Source of the DNA: Bifidobacteriaceae bacterium
GTDB lineage: Bacteria; Actinomycetota; Actinomycetes; Actinomycetales; Bifidobacteriaceae
Assembly: GCA_031260825.1 (NCBI GenBank)
Contig: JAISKS010000029.1
Span: 1-24,584 of the forward strand
Direction of reading: 5' to 3'
Length of the DNA stretch: 24,584 bases
Shown in pieces: positions 1 through 9,696 of this stretch. The position numbers were made by a program, and so were the translations under genes. Every line of letters begins with the position of its first letter. The first letter of the stretch is position 1. Below the pieces are notes generated by a model. The model was not told the origin of the DNA and did no database searches. It saw nothing but the letters and a program-made list of their open reading frames with translations.

Positions 1-1
1 T

Positions 2-475
2 ATGAATACTGGTACAATTAAATACAAACTTTTACCTGATGCAGCTCCTATTGCTGCTGGTAATTTTGTTGCACTTGCAAAATCAGGATATTTCAATAAT
101 ACAAAATGTCACCGCCTAACAACTACTGCGAATTTCAAAGTGCTACAATGCGGCGACCCAGCTGGAAACGGTACTGGCGGACCTAACTATGAATGGGGTC
201 CAATCGAAAACGCACCTGCTGATGCAATGTACAAAAAAGCTTATATCGCAATGGCTAGACGCGGCGGAAACGCTGAATCTATGGGAAGCCAGTTCTTCTT
301 AGTTTATGGTGATACATCAATTCCTGCTGACGCAGCTGGTGGATATTCTGTATTTGGTGAAGTTACATCTGGTATCGATACAATTGAAGAAGTTGGAAAA
401 CGCGGTACAACTGATGGAAGTCAAGACGGACCTCCTAAATTTGATGTAACAATTAAAGGTGTTGAATTATTCTAA
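2..475 (+). CDS. Cyclophilin-type peptidyl-prolyl cis-trans isomerase (probably 5'-truncated by the window edge)
   Basis: Motifs APIAAGNFVALAKSGYFNNTKCHRL, VLQCGDPAGNGTGGP, IAMARRGGNAESMGSQFFLVY, YSVFGEVTSGID match the actinobacterial PpiB-like cyclophilin type. Confidence 0.93.
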   Translation: MNTGTIKYKLLPDAAPIAAGNFVALAKSGYFNNTKCHRLTTTANFKVLQCGDPAGNGTGGPNYEWGPIENAPADAMYKKAYIAMARRGGNAESMGSQFFLVYGDTSIPADAAGGYSVFGEVTSGIDTIEEVGKRGTTDGSQDGPPKFDVTIKGVELF

Positions 476-502
476 TAATTTCAACATAAGGAGAATTTAA
501 TT

Positions 503-1660
503 ATGGTAACTGAGAAAAAAACAGCGAAATCTGCTGAAGATGCTGCTGAAAAAACTGGTGCTACAGCAACAAAATCTGGTACAAAAACTGCTGCAAAAAC
601 AGCTACGAAAACTGCTGCGAAAACAGCCGATTCAAAATCTGCTGCGAAAACAGCTAAAGTAAGCCCAGCTAATTTCACACCAGGTGACGCATTTAAAAAA
701 GCAATTCAAGCTAAAAAACCTCAAAAATTAATTGAAATTAATGATGAGAATCTTGAAGAATATCATGCTAAAATAAAAGCTAGAGTAGATGAACTTGCTG
801 ATAAAATTGTTAAAATTAGTGATACTGATTATTCAAAAAGCTCATTTAAAAATGCATTCAAACAACTTAATGATTTGGAATCTGAATTTTCATATTATAA
901 ATCTAGTTTTGTAAAATGTGTACCAAAATCTGCGATTAAAAAAGTTAATGATGCTAGATATAAATTCAATCTTAATTGGAGAGAATTCAATAAGGACTTT
1001 TCGAAAAATGCTAATCTTGTGATGAAAAATAAACAAGATATTATTGATCGCGCAAGAGCATTTGTTGCAAAAACTGATTGGGATGAACAAGCTGAAGAAT
1101 CACCAAAATGGGCAGAAGGATCTAAATTCTTTCATAATAGTTTAGAGGAATTCAAAAAAGCTGGTAGAACAAAACGTGAAACTGATGATGAGCTTTTTGA
1201 GGCTTTTGCTGATGTTAGAAATTCTTTCTACAAATTCAAAGAGCGAATTGATGTTGCAATGACTGCTAAAATGGAAGAAAACTTCGAAGCTAAAACAAAA
1301 TTACTTGCTGAAGCTCAAAAAATACTTCCTATAAAAGATATAGATTCAGCAGCAGCAGCACTTAATTCTATTCAAGATCGCTGGAATAAAATTGGACAAG
1401 TACCAAGAGATAAATTTCAAAAAATTGAAAATGATTTACAAAAAATATTTGATGAATTATCAGCATTAAAAGATAAGAAATTTGAAGAAGTTCGAAATAA
1501 TACAGACGATAGAGTTAGTGAATTTAAACAAAGCATTATTGATTCTATTGAGAAATTAAAATCTCAAATTGAAAATGCTGATTCTAAAGATAAGAATAAA
1601 ATCACTAAATTAAAAGATGAATTAAAAGGCAAAGAAGCCTTATTAAAAATAGTAAAATAG
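503..1660 (+). CDS. DUF349 domain-containing helical protein with Lys/Ala/Thr-rich N-terminal tail
   Basis: Repeated helical DUF349-like units (KQDIIDRARAF...W...FKKAGRTKRETDDELFEAF; KTKLLAEAQKILP...LNSIQDRWNKIGQVPR). SD AAGGAG at 488-493. Position after a cyclophilin is typical of Actinobacteria. Confidence 0.8.
   Translation: MVTEKKTAKSAEDAAEKTGATATKSGTKTAAKTATKTAAKTADSKSAAKTAKVSPANFTPGDAFKKAIQAKKPQKLIEINDENLEEYHAKIKARVDELADKIVKISDTDYSKSSFKNAFKQLNDLESEFSYYKSSFVKCVPKSAIKKVNDARYKFNLNWREFNKDFSKNANLVMKNKQDIIDRARAFVAKTDWDEQAEESPKWAEGSKFFHNSLEEFKKAGRTKRETDDELFEAFADVRNSFYKFKERIDVAMTAKMEENFEAKTKLLAEAQKILPIKDIDSAAAALNSIQDRWNKIGQVPRDKFQKIENDLQKIFDELSALKDKKFEEVRNNTDDRVSEFKQSIIDSIEKLKSQIENADSKDKNKITKLKDELKGKEALLKIVK
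584..655 (+). repeat. About three copies of an imperfect 24-bp coding repeat (KTAAKTA-like)
   Basis: aaaactgctgcaaaaacagctacg (584-607), aaaactgctgcgaaaacagccgat (608-631), aaatctgctgcgaaaacagct (635-655). Confidence 0.85.
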
Positions 1661-1672
1661 ATAAGGAAACAT

Positions 1673-2515
1673 ATGAGTAATAAAGTATTTTTTGGAATAA
1701 TTATAGCAGCAATTGTAGCAGGATTTGCTTATATGACAATCACGCATATGAACAGAGAGCGCTCTTCATTAGAGTTTAATTCACTTTCAGATATACAAAA
1801 AAAAGGTGTAATTAGAGTTGGAATATACGAAGAACGCAAACCTTGGAGTTATACAATTGATGATAAATCCGTTGGATATAATGTTGATTTAGCTAATAAA
1901 ATCGCTGAAGATCTTGGCGTAAAACCTGAATTCGTATATATAAATTCTGCAGAAAGAATCACGGCTTTAGAAGCTAATACTGTTGATTTAGTTGTTGCGA
2001 ATCTTTCTATTACAGAACAGAGAAAAGAAAAAGTACTATTCACAGATCCTTATTTAAATACTGAATTAGGTATTGTAAAGCCTGTAGGTATGGCGCCACT
2101 ACCGGATGATTTAGTTGATATCGACTTTAATAAAATTATTGTAAAGCGAGGAAGTGTTGCTTATAATTATATTGAAGATTTGTATGGTTTTCATGCAGAT
2201 AAATTAAAAGTCGTAGAAAATGATATTGAAGCAAAAACAATGCTTCTATCTAGCGATGAGTATTTGATGTTAACTGATAATACTGATTCAATAGCTTTTG
2301 GAAAGAACTATCCTCAGCTTGAAGCACCTATATCCCACAGCTTTATTGGACCTGAATATCCACTTGCTGCTGCTGTTCATTTTGGAAATGAATCTCTAAA
2401 AAATGCTGTAAACAAAACTATGAATAATGGTGATTTCTTAAAAACTATTTATGATAAAGATCTTACAACTTATTTGGGATCAGAAAATCGCTCTTTATTT
2501 ACTGTAATTGATTAG
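1673..2515 (+). CDS. Polar amino acid ABC transporter substrate-binding protein (SBP family 3), N-terminal membrane anchor
   Basis: IQKKGVIRVGIYEERKPWSY...GYNVDLANKIAEDLGVKPEFV...ERITALEANTVDLVVANLSITEQRKEKVLFTDPY. Hydrophobic N-terminus without a lipobox Cys. AAGGA upstream of the ATG. Confidence 0.88.
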   Translation: MSNKVFFGIIIAAIVAGFAYMTITHMNRERSSLEFNSLSDIQKKGVIRVGIYEERKPWSYTIDDKSVGYNVDLANKIAEDLGVKPEFVYINSAERITALEANTVDLVVANLSITEQRKEKVLFTDPYLNTELGIVKPVGMAPLPDDLVDIDFNKIIVKRGSVAYNYIEDLYGFHADKLKVVENDIEAKTMLLSSDEYLMLTDNTDSIAFGKNYPQLEAPISHSFIGPEYPLAAAVHFGNESLKNAVNKTMNNGDFLKTIYDKDLTTYLGSENRSLFTVID

Positions 2516-2527
2516 TAATTAGCATAA

Positions 2528-2549
2528 TTTACTAGTTTATACTAGTGAA
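2528..2549. terminator. Hairpin between convergent genes (possible bidirectional terminator)
   Basis: tttactagt-ttat-actagtgaa: 9-bp stem with one G-U pair. AT-rich, so weak. Confidence 0.4.
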
Positions 2550-2582
2550 CCTTCTGCTAGTAAACTCTTTAAAGGGAATTTT

Positions 2583-5090
2583 CTATAGTGAACCCTCTAA
2601 AGCACCCATCTCATTTTCAACCCATTTAATATTGGCTGCGATTTCTTTTTCAGCAACCAAAATAGAACGGTTAAGCGAGATATTATCTTTTTTATCACTA
2701 AAGAACTCTAAAAATTCGTTTTGCTCAGATACTGTAATTAAACGATTTCCAGCGTAACGAGGAAACATATCTAATGATTTATCATTTGCAAAAGTGTCAT
2801 CAATCCAGTTCCAATTATCTTTCATCCAAGTCCAAGTAAGATATCTTGAATTATTGCCGGACAGCAATTGTGCAACGAACGAATAAATATCTTGTTGACG
2901 AACATTTTTATGATCTAGCATAAACTCTAATAATTTTGAAATCTTATCTGAAGTTTTTGCTGAGCATAAACCGACTTGAATATCTAATCTTACATATGCA
3001 TCATTTGTGTTCTTATATAAATCTAATAACTCAGTATATTCGCCGACAGAATTAGTGCTACATTTATATATATATGAGCCTGATAGAATCAGAGAATCAA
3101 CATCTTCACTATTTAAAATTGAAGCTAGTGATGGCGAAATTGTAGCAGGATCGTATTTTGCATATAACTTAATTAAACTAGCAAAAATCTGCTGTTCATC
3201 AATATTTAAGGATTTAGAATCTTGTAAATATTTAGCTGAAAGAGATGAGAATAAATCAAGAAAATTTGTAGAAATAAATCTATTAATCTTTGGCTGTAAA
3301 TTTTCATTAGCTGCAGCGAATTTTTGAAGACCACCGATTAGAACAATTGCTGAATCGAAAACAGCAGCATTAGTTTCATTTTTCACAAGTTTCAAAAGTT
3401 CAATATGACGACTAATTGGAGTATATCCAGAAGCGCTAAGAACTGCCTGTTCACTTAGAATTTGTAGCTTTGTCATATCATTATAATTATCAAAATTATC
3501 AATAATCTTTGACCATAAAGTATCATCATAACTCACAATATAATGTCCTACATTTTCAGAATTAAACGGTAATGTCTCTAAATTATCAAATGATTTACTA
3601 TCAATATTAAAATCAGCAGACTTTGCAGCTAATAATTCTGGTACATTTTCTATATTTGAAAATAGTGGTACAGTCCAGTTTTTCTCTGCATTATATCCAA
3701 AGCATTCTTGATTAATAGTGATTTTTTCTCCGTCAATCGATGCTGTAATTAATGGAAATCCTGATTGATTTAGCCAAGGATTTATAAATTCCTCAACCCA
3801 ATCTCCTAGACAATCCCAAAGATTTTTTCCGGTTGTATTGCTATAATGATATTTCTCAAAATATGATTTTAAACCAGATTGGAACTGTGAAGTCCCTAGC
3901 ATTTTCCAAATCATTTTTAAAAGTCTTCCGCCTTTTGCATACACAATCGCACCATCAAATAATGTAGAAATTTCATCAGGATGTGATACAATTTGCTGAA
4001 CGGATTGTACCCCTTCAAGACGGTCACGACTAAGAGCATAATTAGGTTCAGTGATTTCGTAATCATCCCAAATCTTAAGTTCAGTGTGAATCGCATCGGT
4101 GCAAATATACTCCATTAAGTTTGCAAAACTTTCGTTTAGCCAAAGTTCATCCCACCATTTCATTGTTACAAGATTGCCAAACCATTGATGGGCAAGCTCA
4201 TGTGCTACAACTGTTGCGACGCGTCTGCGCTGGTTAATCGGTGCATCTACTTCGCATAATAATGCAGTTTCACGATAAGTGATAAGACCCCAATTCTCCA
4301 TAGCCCCAGCTGAGAAATCTGGAAGCGCTAAATGAATTGAACGTGGTAGCGGATATGGAGTAGCATAAAAATCTTCATAAAATTCAAGTGATTTTACGGC
4401 AGTATCAAGTGCATATTCGAGCTGAGATAAAGGCTGAATTGGTGAGCTCATTACGCTAACTTCAGTACCAGATTTCGTAGATGATTTTATTTCATTAAAA
4501 TTTCCAGCAGCGAATGCTAGTAAATATGGACTCATTTTAGGAGTTTTATCGAATGTATGAATTAAGTCTCCATTTTCATTTTTTTCAACTGAAGTTTCAG
4601 GCATATTTGAAATCACTTTATAAGAATCAGAATGCTCATTTATTACGCAAATTGCAACATCAAATGTAGCTTTACCAGCAGGCTCATCGATGCAAGGAAA
4701 TGCTTTGCGAGCATAATGGCTTTCAAACTGAGTCGCAAAAATTTCTCCGCCTTTATATTTACATAAATATAAACCGTTCATAATTGTTTGATTTACTTTG
4801 CCAGAAAAATCCATTTTAAGTTCAATTTCAGATTCAGACCCGTCGATTGATATATGAATTTCATTATTTTCTTGCGCTGAAAATTCTGCATTTTCATTGT
4901 TAACAGTAACGTTTTTTATAGAGAGTTCATCAGCATGTACTAAGAAAAAATGTTCTTTAATTCCAAGCTCTGTCAGTGTGCCTTGTAATATAACTGTACC
5001 GAAAAATTCTTTATTTTTTGCATCGATAGTTAACTGTAAAGAGTAGTTATTTGGGATAAGATAATCAGTTCCATGTTTTAATGTTGTCAT
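2583..5090 (-). CDS. pepN: Aminopeptidase N (M1 family zinc metallopeptidase)
   Basis: ATQFESHYARKAFPCIDEP, GAMENWGL, HELAHQWFGNLVTMKWWDELWLNESFA (HExxH-x18-E), and an ERAP1-like C-terminal region. SD-like GAAAGG upstream on the minus strand. Confidence 0.96.
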   Translation of the reverse strand: MTTLKHGTDYLIPNNYSLQLTIDAKNKEFFGTVILQGTLTELGIKEHFFLVHADELSIKNVTVNNENAEFSAQENNEIHISIDGSESEIELKMDFSGKVNQTIMNGLYLCKYKGGEIFATQFESHYARKAFPCIDEPAGKATFDVAICVINEHSDSYKVISNMPETSVEKNENGDLIHTFDKTPKMSPYLLAFAAGNFNEIKSSTKSGTEVSVMSSPIQPLSQLEYALDTAVKSLEFYEDFYATPYPLPRSIHLALPDFSAGAMENWGLITYRETALLCEVDAPINQRRRVATVVAHELAHQWFGNLVTMKWWDELWLNESFANLMEYICTDAIHTELKIWDDYEITEPNYALSRDRLEGVQSVQQIVSHPDEISTLFDGAIVYAKGGRLLKMIWKMLGTSQFQSGLKSYFEKYHYSNTTGKNLWDCLGDWVEEFINPWLNQSGFPLITASIDGEKITINQECFGYNAEKNWTVPLFSNIENVPELLAAKSADFNIDSKSFDNLETLPFNSENVGHYIVSYDDTLWSKIIDNFDNYNDMTKLQILSEQAVLSASGYTPISRHIELLKLVKNETNAAVFDSAIVLIGGLQKFAAANENLQPKINRFISTNFLDLFSSLSAKYLQDSKSLNIDEQQIFASLIKLYAKYDPATISPSLASILNSEDVDSLILSGSYIYKCSTNSVGEYTELLDLYKNTNDAYVRLDIQVGLCSAKTSDKISKLLEFMLDHKNVRQQDIYSFVAQLLSGNNSRYLTWTWMKDNWNWIDDTFANDKSLDMFPRYAGNRLITVSEQNEFLEFFSDKKDNISLNRSILVAEKEIAANIKWVENEMGALEGSL

Positions 5091-5148
5091 TATAGGCCTT
5101 TCATTATATTTATATGTCTATTATACTAAGATTCTCGATTTTTTACTG

Positions 5149-5154
5149 TAAAAT
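5149..5154 (+). promoter_or_regulatory. Putative -10 box for a leaderless GT2 transcript
   Basis: TAAAAT exactly 6 nt before the ATG at 5161, with no SD sequence. Confidence 0.5.
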
Positions 5155-5160
5155 ATTAGT

Positions 5161-6435
5161 ATGATTCTATTATATTTTTTTGATGCACTGATTATTTTTG
5201 TGGGTGCCATCGGCATCATATATCAAGGTGTATGTGTATTCGTCGGGCTATTTGGTAAGCCTGAAGAATTCCCTGATGCTGATCCACATAAAATTTGTGT
5301 ATTAATCTCTGCAAGAAATGAGAAAAATGTGATTGGGCAATTAATTAAATCAATTCGTGAATGTGATTATGATCAAAGCTTCGTTGATATTTGGGTTTGT
5401 GCTGATAATTGTACTGATAATACTGCTCAGATTTGTCGAGATTTAGGCGCCTCTGTTGTAGAAAGAGAAAATCTAGATTTGATTGGAAAAGGCTATGCTC
5501 TTGAATATATGATTAACGAAATGAATCATAAAGATGATGACTATGATGCATTTTTGGTACTAGATGCTGATAATATTTTAGACAAAAATTATATAAAAGA
5601 AATGAATAAATGTTTCTCTTCTGGATATGAAGTTATCACAAGTTATCGTAATTCCAAGAACACTTCTACAAATTGGGTTAGCGCTGCATCAGCACTTTGG
5701 TTTATAAAAGAGTCTAGACTTCTTAACAATTCACGTATGATTATTGGTACATCTTGCCATGTTGGTGGTACAGGATTTATGTTTTCTCAGCGAATAAAAA
5801 CCAGAAATAATGGCTGGAAACATCATTTACTCACAGAAGATTTGGAGTTCACAATGGACACTGTACTTAATGGTGACAGAATCGGATATTGTGGAAAAGC
5901 AATGCTTTATGATGAGCAACCTGTGACTTTTTCACAATCTTGGCGTCAAAGACTTCGTTGGTCTAAAGGATTTTTGCAAGTATTTAGTAAATATGGACAT
6001 GCCTTAATTAGACGTGCGATTAAAGAAGGCGATTTTTCTTGCGTCGATTTGTCGCTATTAATTTTGCCATGGGTATTCCTTCAAATTATAAGATTAGGCC
6101 TTGGTGCTTTGTATATTGCACTTGGGATACAGTCTGTTGCTGGTCAGGTTAGTTCGCTAGAATCAATGGCACTAATGACGGTAATAGGATTATTCCTAAT
6201 GATGATATTTGCATTAATTACAATAGTTGCCGAAAGAGATAAACTTGATATTTCCAATAAAGAAATCGTTGTATTTATTTTAAGTTTCCCACTATATGTG
6301 CTTAGTTATATGCCGATTAGTTTTCAAGCAATTTTCTCAAAAGTTGAATGGAAGCCGATTGAACATGGTCAACCTTCGACTAGTTTAGGCGAAACATCTG
6401 CTACTAAACCTTCCAAAAAGAGTAAAAAAAAGTAA
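5161..6435 (+). CDS. Processive-type family 2 glycosyltransferase (cellulose-synthase-like / IcaA-PgaC-like), multi-pass membrane protein
   Basis: ISARNE, ADNCTD, LDADN, LTED and QRLRW give the D,D,D,QxxRW signature. One N-terminal and several C-terminal TM segments. Confidence 0.88.
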   Translation: MILLYFFDALIIFVGAIGIIYQGVCVFVGLFGKPEEFPDADPHKICVLISARNEKNVIGQLIKSIRECDYDQSFVDIWVCADNCTDNTAQICRDLGASVVERENLDLIGKGYALEYMINEMNHKDDDYDAFLVLDADNILDKNYIKEMNKCFSSGYEVITSYRNSKNTSTNWVSAASALWFIKESRLLNNSRMIIGTSCHVGGTGFMFSQRIKTRNNGWKHHLLTEDLEFTMDTVLNGDRIGYCGKAMLYDEQPVTFSQSWRQRLRWSKGFLQVFSKYGHALIRRAIKEGDFSCVDLSLLILPWVFLQIIRLGLGALYIALGIQSVAGQVSSLESMALMTVIGLFLMMIFALITIVAERDKLDISNKEIVVFILSFPLYVLSYMPISFQAIFSKVEWKPIEHGQPSTSLGETSATKPSKKSKKK

Positions 6436-6439
6436 TATA

Positions 6440-7516
6440 ATGTCACTAGATTTTTTGTATAATATTGGAAAATTCTCTGCTAAACATAATGCAAATTTTC
6501 TAATAAAAAAGGGTTACAAACCTCGTGTTACAACATATTATTGTTATGGAAATACTCAAAAAGTGCGTATGCTTTGTCGTATATTAATCTCAAAATATGA
6601 TTGGTCAAATGAACGTGTAAAAAGAGGTTTTTTTAATTTCTTCACAACTGAAGTACCAAATTTTCCTGTACAGATTTTTATTGATGGTAAACTGGTCAAT
6701 AAAACATATTTAACAGATTCTGCAGGATATATTGATGAAATAATTGATTATGAATTAGAGCCTGGCGAGCATCAAATCTCATTTTCTATATTTAAAAAAG
6801 AATACTTTGAAAAATTATATGTTTACCCGCTTAATTTGAAAGTTGGACTGATAAGTGATATTGATGATACTATTATGATAAGTAATGTACCACAAACTTT
6901 TAGGGCTATTTATAATCAACTTTTGTCATCTCCATTTAATAGAAAACCTGTGAAAGGAATGAGCAATTTGTATAATCAAATCAATGATAAATATAATGGA
7001 GAAGCTGCTTTCTTCTATTTATCAATGTCACCTTGGAATATATATTCTACTATCAGAAAATTTATTTCTTCAAATGGTTTTCCAAAAGGTGCATATCTGT
7101 TAAGCAATTTAATGGCGACAAAATCTAAATTATCGTATTCAATTGTATCGCATAAATATACCCAAATTAAGCATTTAATTGAATTTTTTCCAAATACAAA
7201 ATGGATATTAGCGGGAGATGATGGACAACAAGACCTGAATATTTATCTATGGATTGTAAGGTCATATTCTAAACATATTAAATCGATTATGATTAGAACA
7301 ATTAATTCAAATGAAAATGAGGTATACAAAAAAATTCACTCAAGAGTAAATATAAATTATGAAAAAACTCAAGTGAATGTTTATTTTGGTGATAATGGAT
7401 TTGATTTATCAAATAAAATTTTTCCTAATAAACCAGCTGCGAAAAAACATTTTACGCAAATATTTCTAAAAAAAGAATCTAAAAATAATAATGAAAATGG
7501 AAATGGTGAATTATGA
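6440..7516 (+). CDS. App1-family phosphatidate phosphatase (DUF2183)
   Basis: HAD-like motifs LISDIDDTIMIS, FFYLSMSPWN, GFPKG, WILAGDDGQQD. Confidence 0.82.
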   Translation: MSLDFLYNIGKFSAKHNANFLIKKGYKPRVTTYYCYGNTQKVRMLCRILISKYDWSNERVKRGFFNFFTTEVPNFPVQIFIDGKLVNKTYLTDSAGYIDEIIDYELEPGEHQISFSIFKKEYFEKLYVYPLNLKVGLISDIDDTIMISNVPQTFRAIYNQLLSSPFNRKPVKGMSNLYNQINDKYNGEAAFFYLSMSPWNIYSTIRKFISSNGFPKGAYLLSNLMATKSKLSYSIVSHKYTQIKHLIEFFPNTKWILAGDDGQQDLNIYLWIVRSYSKHIKSIMIRTINSNENEVYKKIHSRVNINYEKTQVNVYFGDNGFDLSNKIFPNKPAAKKHFTQIFLKKESKNNNENGNGEL

Positions 7517-9672
7517 CAGTAATAGCAATTGATGGACCTAGCGGCGTTGGAAAATCTTCGACCTGCAAAGAAATCGCAAGAATTTTAGGATATGATTATA
7601 TAGATACAGGAAGCTATTATCGCGCTGTTACAGCCTATTTTGTTGACAATATCGATTCATTTGAATATAGCGCTGATAGATTAAAAGATCTCGAAATTTC
7701 AATCACTCCAGACCCAGATGAGTTCAGAATTTTTATAGATAATGTAGAATATACAGATCGAATTAGAATGACTGATATCGCTGCAAACGTATCCGAGTAT
7801 GCATCAAAACCAGAAGTTAGAAAATTTCTAAATAAAATATTTGACAATAAAATTGAAATATCTCAAATATCTTCAAATGGAGTTGTAGTTGAAGGACGAG
7901 ATGCAACAACTGTAATTTGTCCAAATGCACTTTTAAGAATTCTATTAACTGCATCAGATGAAGTTCGTCAAGCTAGACGCGATGCTCAGGTTATTAAAAG
8001 CACTAATGCTCATAAAACTGACGCCGAAATTAAAGCTATAAAAGATGCGAAAAAACATCCAGGAACATTAGCGAAAGAAGCTAAGCTAGCTGCTGAAAAA
8101 GATGATGTAAAATCTCGCGACAGTAAAGATAAAGCAAATGCAAATTTTGAGACTCCTGCTGAAGGTGTGATTCTAGTAGATAATTCGAATTTAACTTTTG
8201 ATCAAACTGTGGATCATATTTTAGATTTGTTTGAAGTAAGTTTGGCTGATGAAGAGGATGACGAATTTAATGATTTCGATGAGTCGGAATTTTTTGATGA
8301 CGATTCTGTACCAGAAAAAAAGAAACCTGCTAACCTAAAAACTCTTCCTACTGTAGCTGTAATTGGGCGTCCGAATGTTGGAAAGTCAACACTTGTAAAT
8401 CGAATCACTCGCACGAATAAAGCAGTTGTTGAGCATATTGAGGGCGTTACGCGCGATCGCGTGACATACACCGCATCATACGAAGGCAAGGATTTTGCGA
8501 TAGTTGATACAGGCGGCTGGGATAAAATGTTCAATACTCCAGAGCATATTTTGAATGATTTAGTATCGGTACAATCTGAATATGCATCGCAATATGCGGA
8601 TGTTTTGGTACTAGTTGTTGATACGCAACAGGGAATTGTTCAGACTGATGAGGATATTATAAAAACGATTCGTCGATTAAAAAAACCTGTGATTTTATGT
8701 GCGAATAAGGCAGACAAAGAATCAGATGCTCTTACCGCTACAGGTTTTTGGAATCTTGGAATGGGAGAACCAACAGCGATTTCTGCGCTTAATGGAATTG
8801 ATGTTGATGTGCTGCTCGACCGAATAATTGAGGCGCTTCCAGATGATCCAGAACACCCAACAACATTAGGATATTCACTACCACAAATTGCGATTTTAGG
8901 AAAACCGAATGTTGGAAAATCGTCACTTTTAAATATGCTTTCGGGGGAGCAGCGAAGTGTCGTATCAGATATTCCTGGTACAACTCGCGATCCAATCGAT
9001 GAGATAATTACGCTTGACGGAGATAAATATTGTTTCGTTGATACTGCCGGTATTAAGCGTCGTTTTAAGTCTGAGCAAGGTAGTGATTATTTTGCAGTTC
9101 TAAGAACATTCGCCGCATTAAAGCGCGCTGATGTTGGACTATGTTTAATTGACGGTAGCGAGCCTATATCAGTTCAGGATATAAAAGTTGTCAGTGAGGC
9201 AGCCGAGCAAGGCGTCGGAATTGTGCTTGTCATAAACAAATGGGATGATATGGATGCAGAGCGAAAAGTGAAACTTGAAGAAGAATTAGAGCGCGAGTTC
9301 GGTCAATGGCCTTGGATACTTAGAGTTAATTTGTCTGCAAAAACCGGATGGCATACTTCGTATATTAAGAAGAATATTGACATCGCACTTGAGTCAAGAA
9401 AAGGTAGAATCACAACTGGAAAACTAAATTCTTGGCTTGGAGATATCGTCGCCTCAAATCCACATCGCGTGCGAAATGGCCGCCAGCCAAAACTTCGTTT
9501 CATCACACAAGTTGATGTTTGTCCGCCAAAATTTAATGTCTACACAACAATGGATCTCGATGATACTTATCGAAGATATTTGATCAGAATGCTTCGTGAA
9601 ACTTTTGGTTTTGAAGGATCACCGATCAGACTCGCTGTGATTATTAAAGAGAAATATCAGAAGAAAAAATAG
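7513..9672 (+). CDS. cmk-der: Bifunctional cytidylate kinase / ribosome biogenesis GTPase Der (EngA) fusion
   Basis: N-terminal VIAIDGPSGVGKSS, DTGSYYRA and VVEGRD, then an acidic linker. Two GTPase domains (GRPNVGKS...DTGG...NKAD; GKPNVGKS...DTAG...NKWD) and a KH-like C-terminus (FGFEGSPIRL). ATGA overlap with the App1 gene. Confidence 0.96.
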   Translation: MTVIAIDGPSGVGKSSTCKEIARILGYDYIDTGSYYRAVTAYFVDNIDSFEYSADRLKDLEISITPDPDEFRIFIDNVEYTDRIRMTDIAANVSEYASKPEVRKFLNKIFDNKIEISQISSNGVVVEGRDATTVICPNALLRILLTASDEVRQARRDAQVIKSTNAHKTDAEIKAIKDAKKHPGTLAKEAKLAAEKDDVKSRDSKDKANANFETPAEGVILVDNSNLTFDQTVDHILDLFEVSLADEEDDEFNDFDESEFFDDDSVPEKKKPANLKTLPTVAVIGRPNVGKSTLVNRITRTNKAVVEHIEGVTRDRVTYTASYEGKDFAIVDTGGWDKMFNTPEHILNDLVSVQSEYASQYADVLVLVVDTQQGIVQTDEDIIKTIRRLKKPVILCANKADKESDALTATGFWNLGMGEPTAISALNGIDVDVLLDRIIEALPDDPEHPTTLGYSLPQIAILGKPNVGKSSLLNMLSGEQRSVVSDIPGTTRDPIDEIITLDGDKYCFVDTAGIKRRFKSEQGSDYFAVLRTFAALKRADVGLCLIDGSEPISVQDIKVVSEAAEQGVGIVLVINKWDDMDAERKVKLEEELEREFGQWPWILRVNLSAKTGWHTSYIKKNIDIALESRKGRITTGKLNSWLGDIVASNPHRVRNGRQPKLRFITQVDVCPPKFNVYTTMDLDDTYRRYLIRMLRETFGFEGSPIRLAVIIKEKYQKKK

Positions 9673-9696
9673 GGGTTTCGTGCTGTAAACGTGGGT

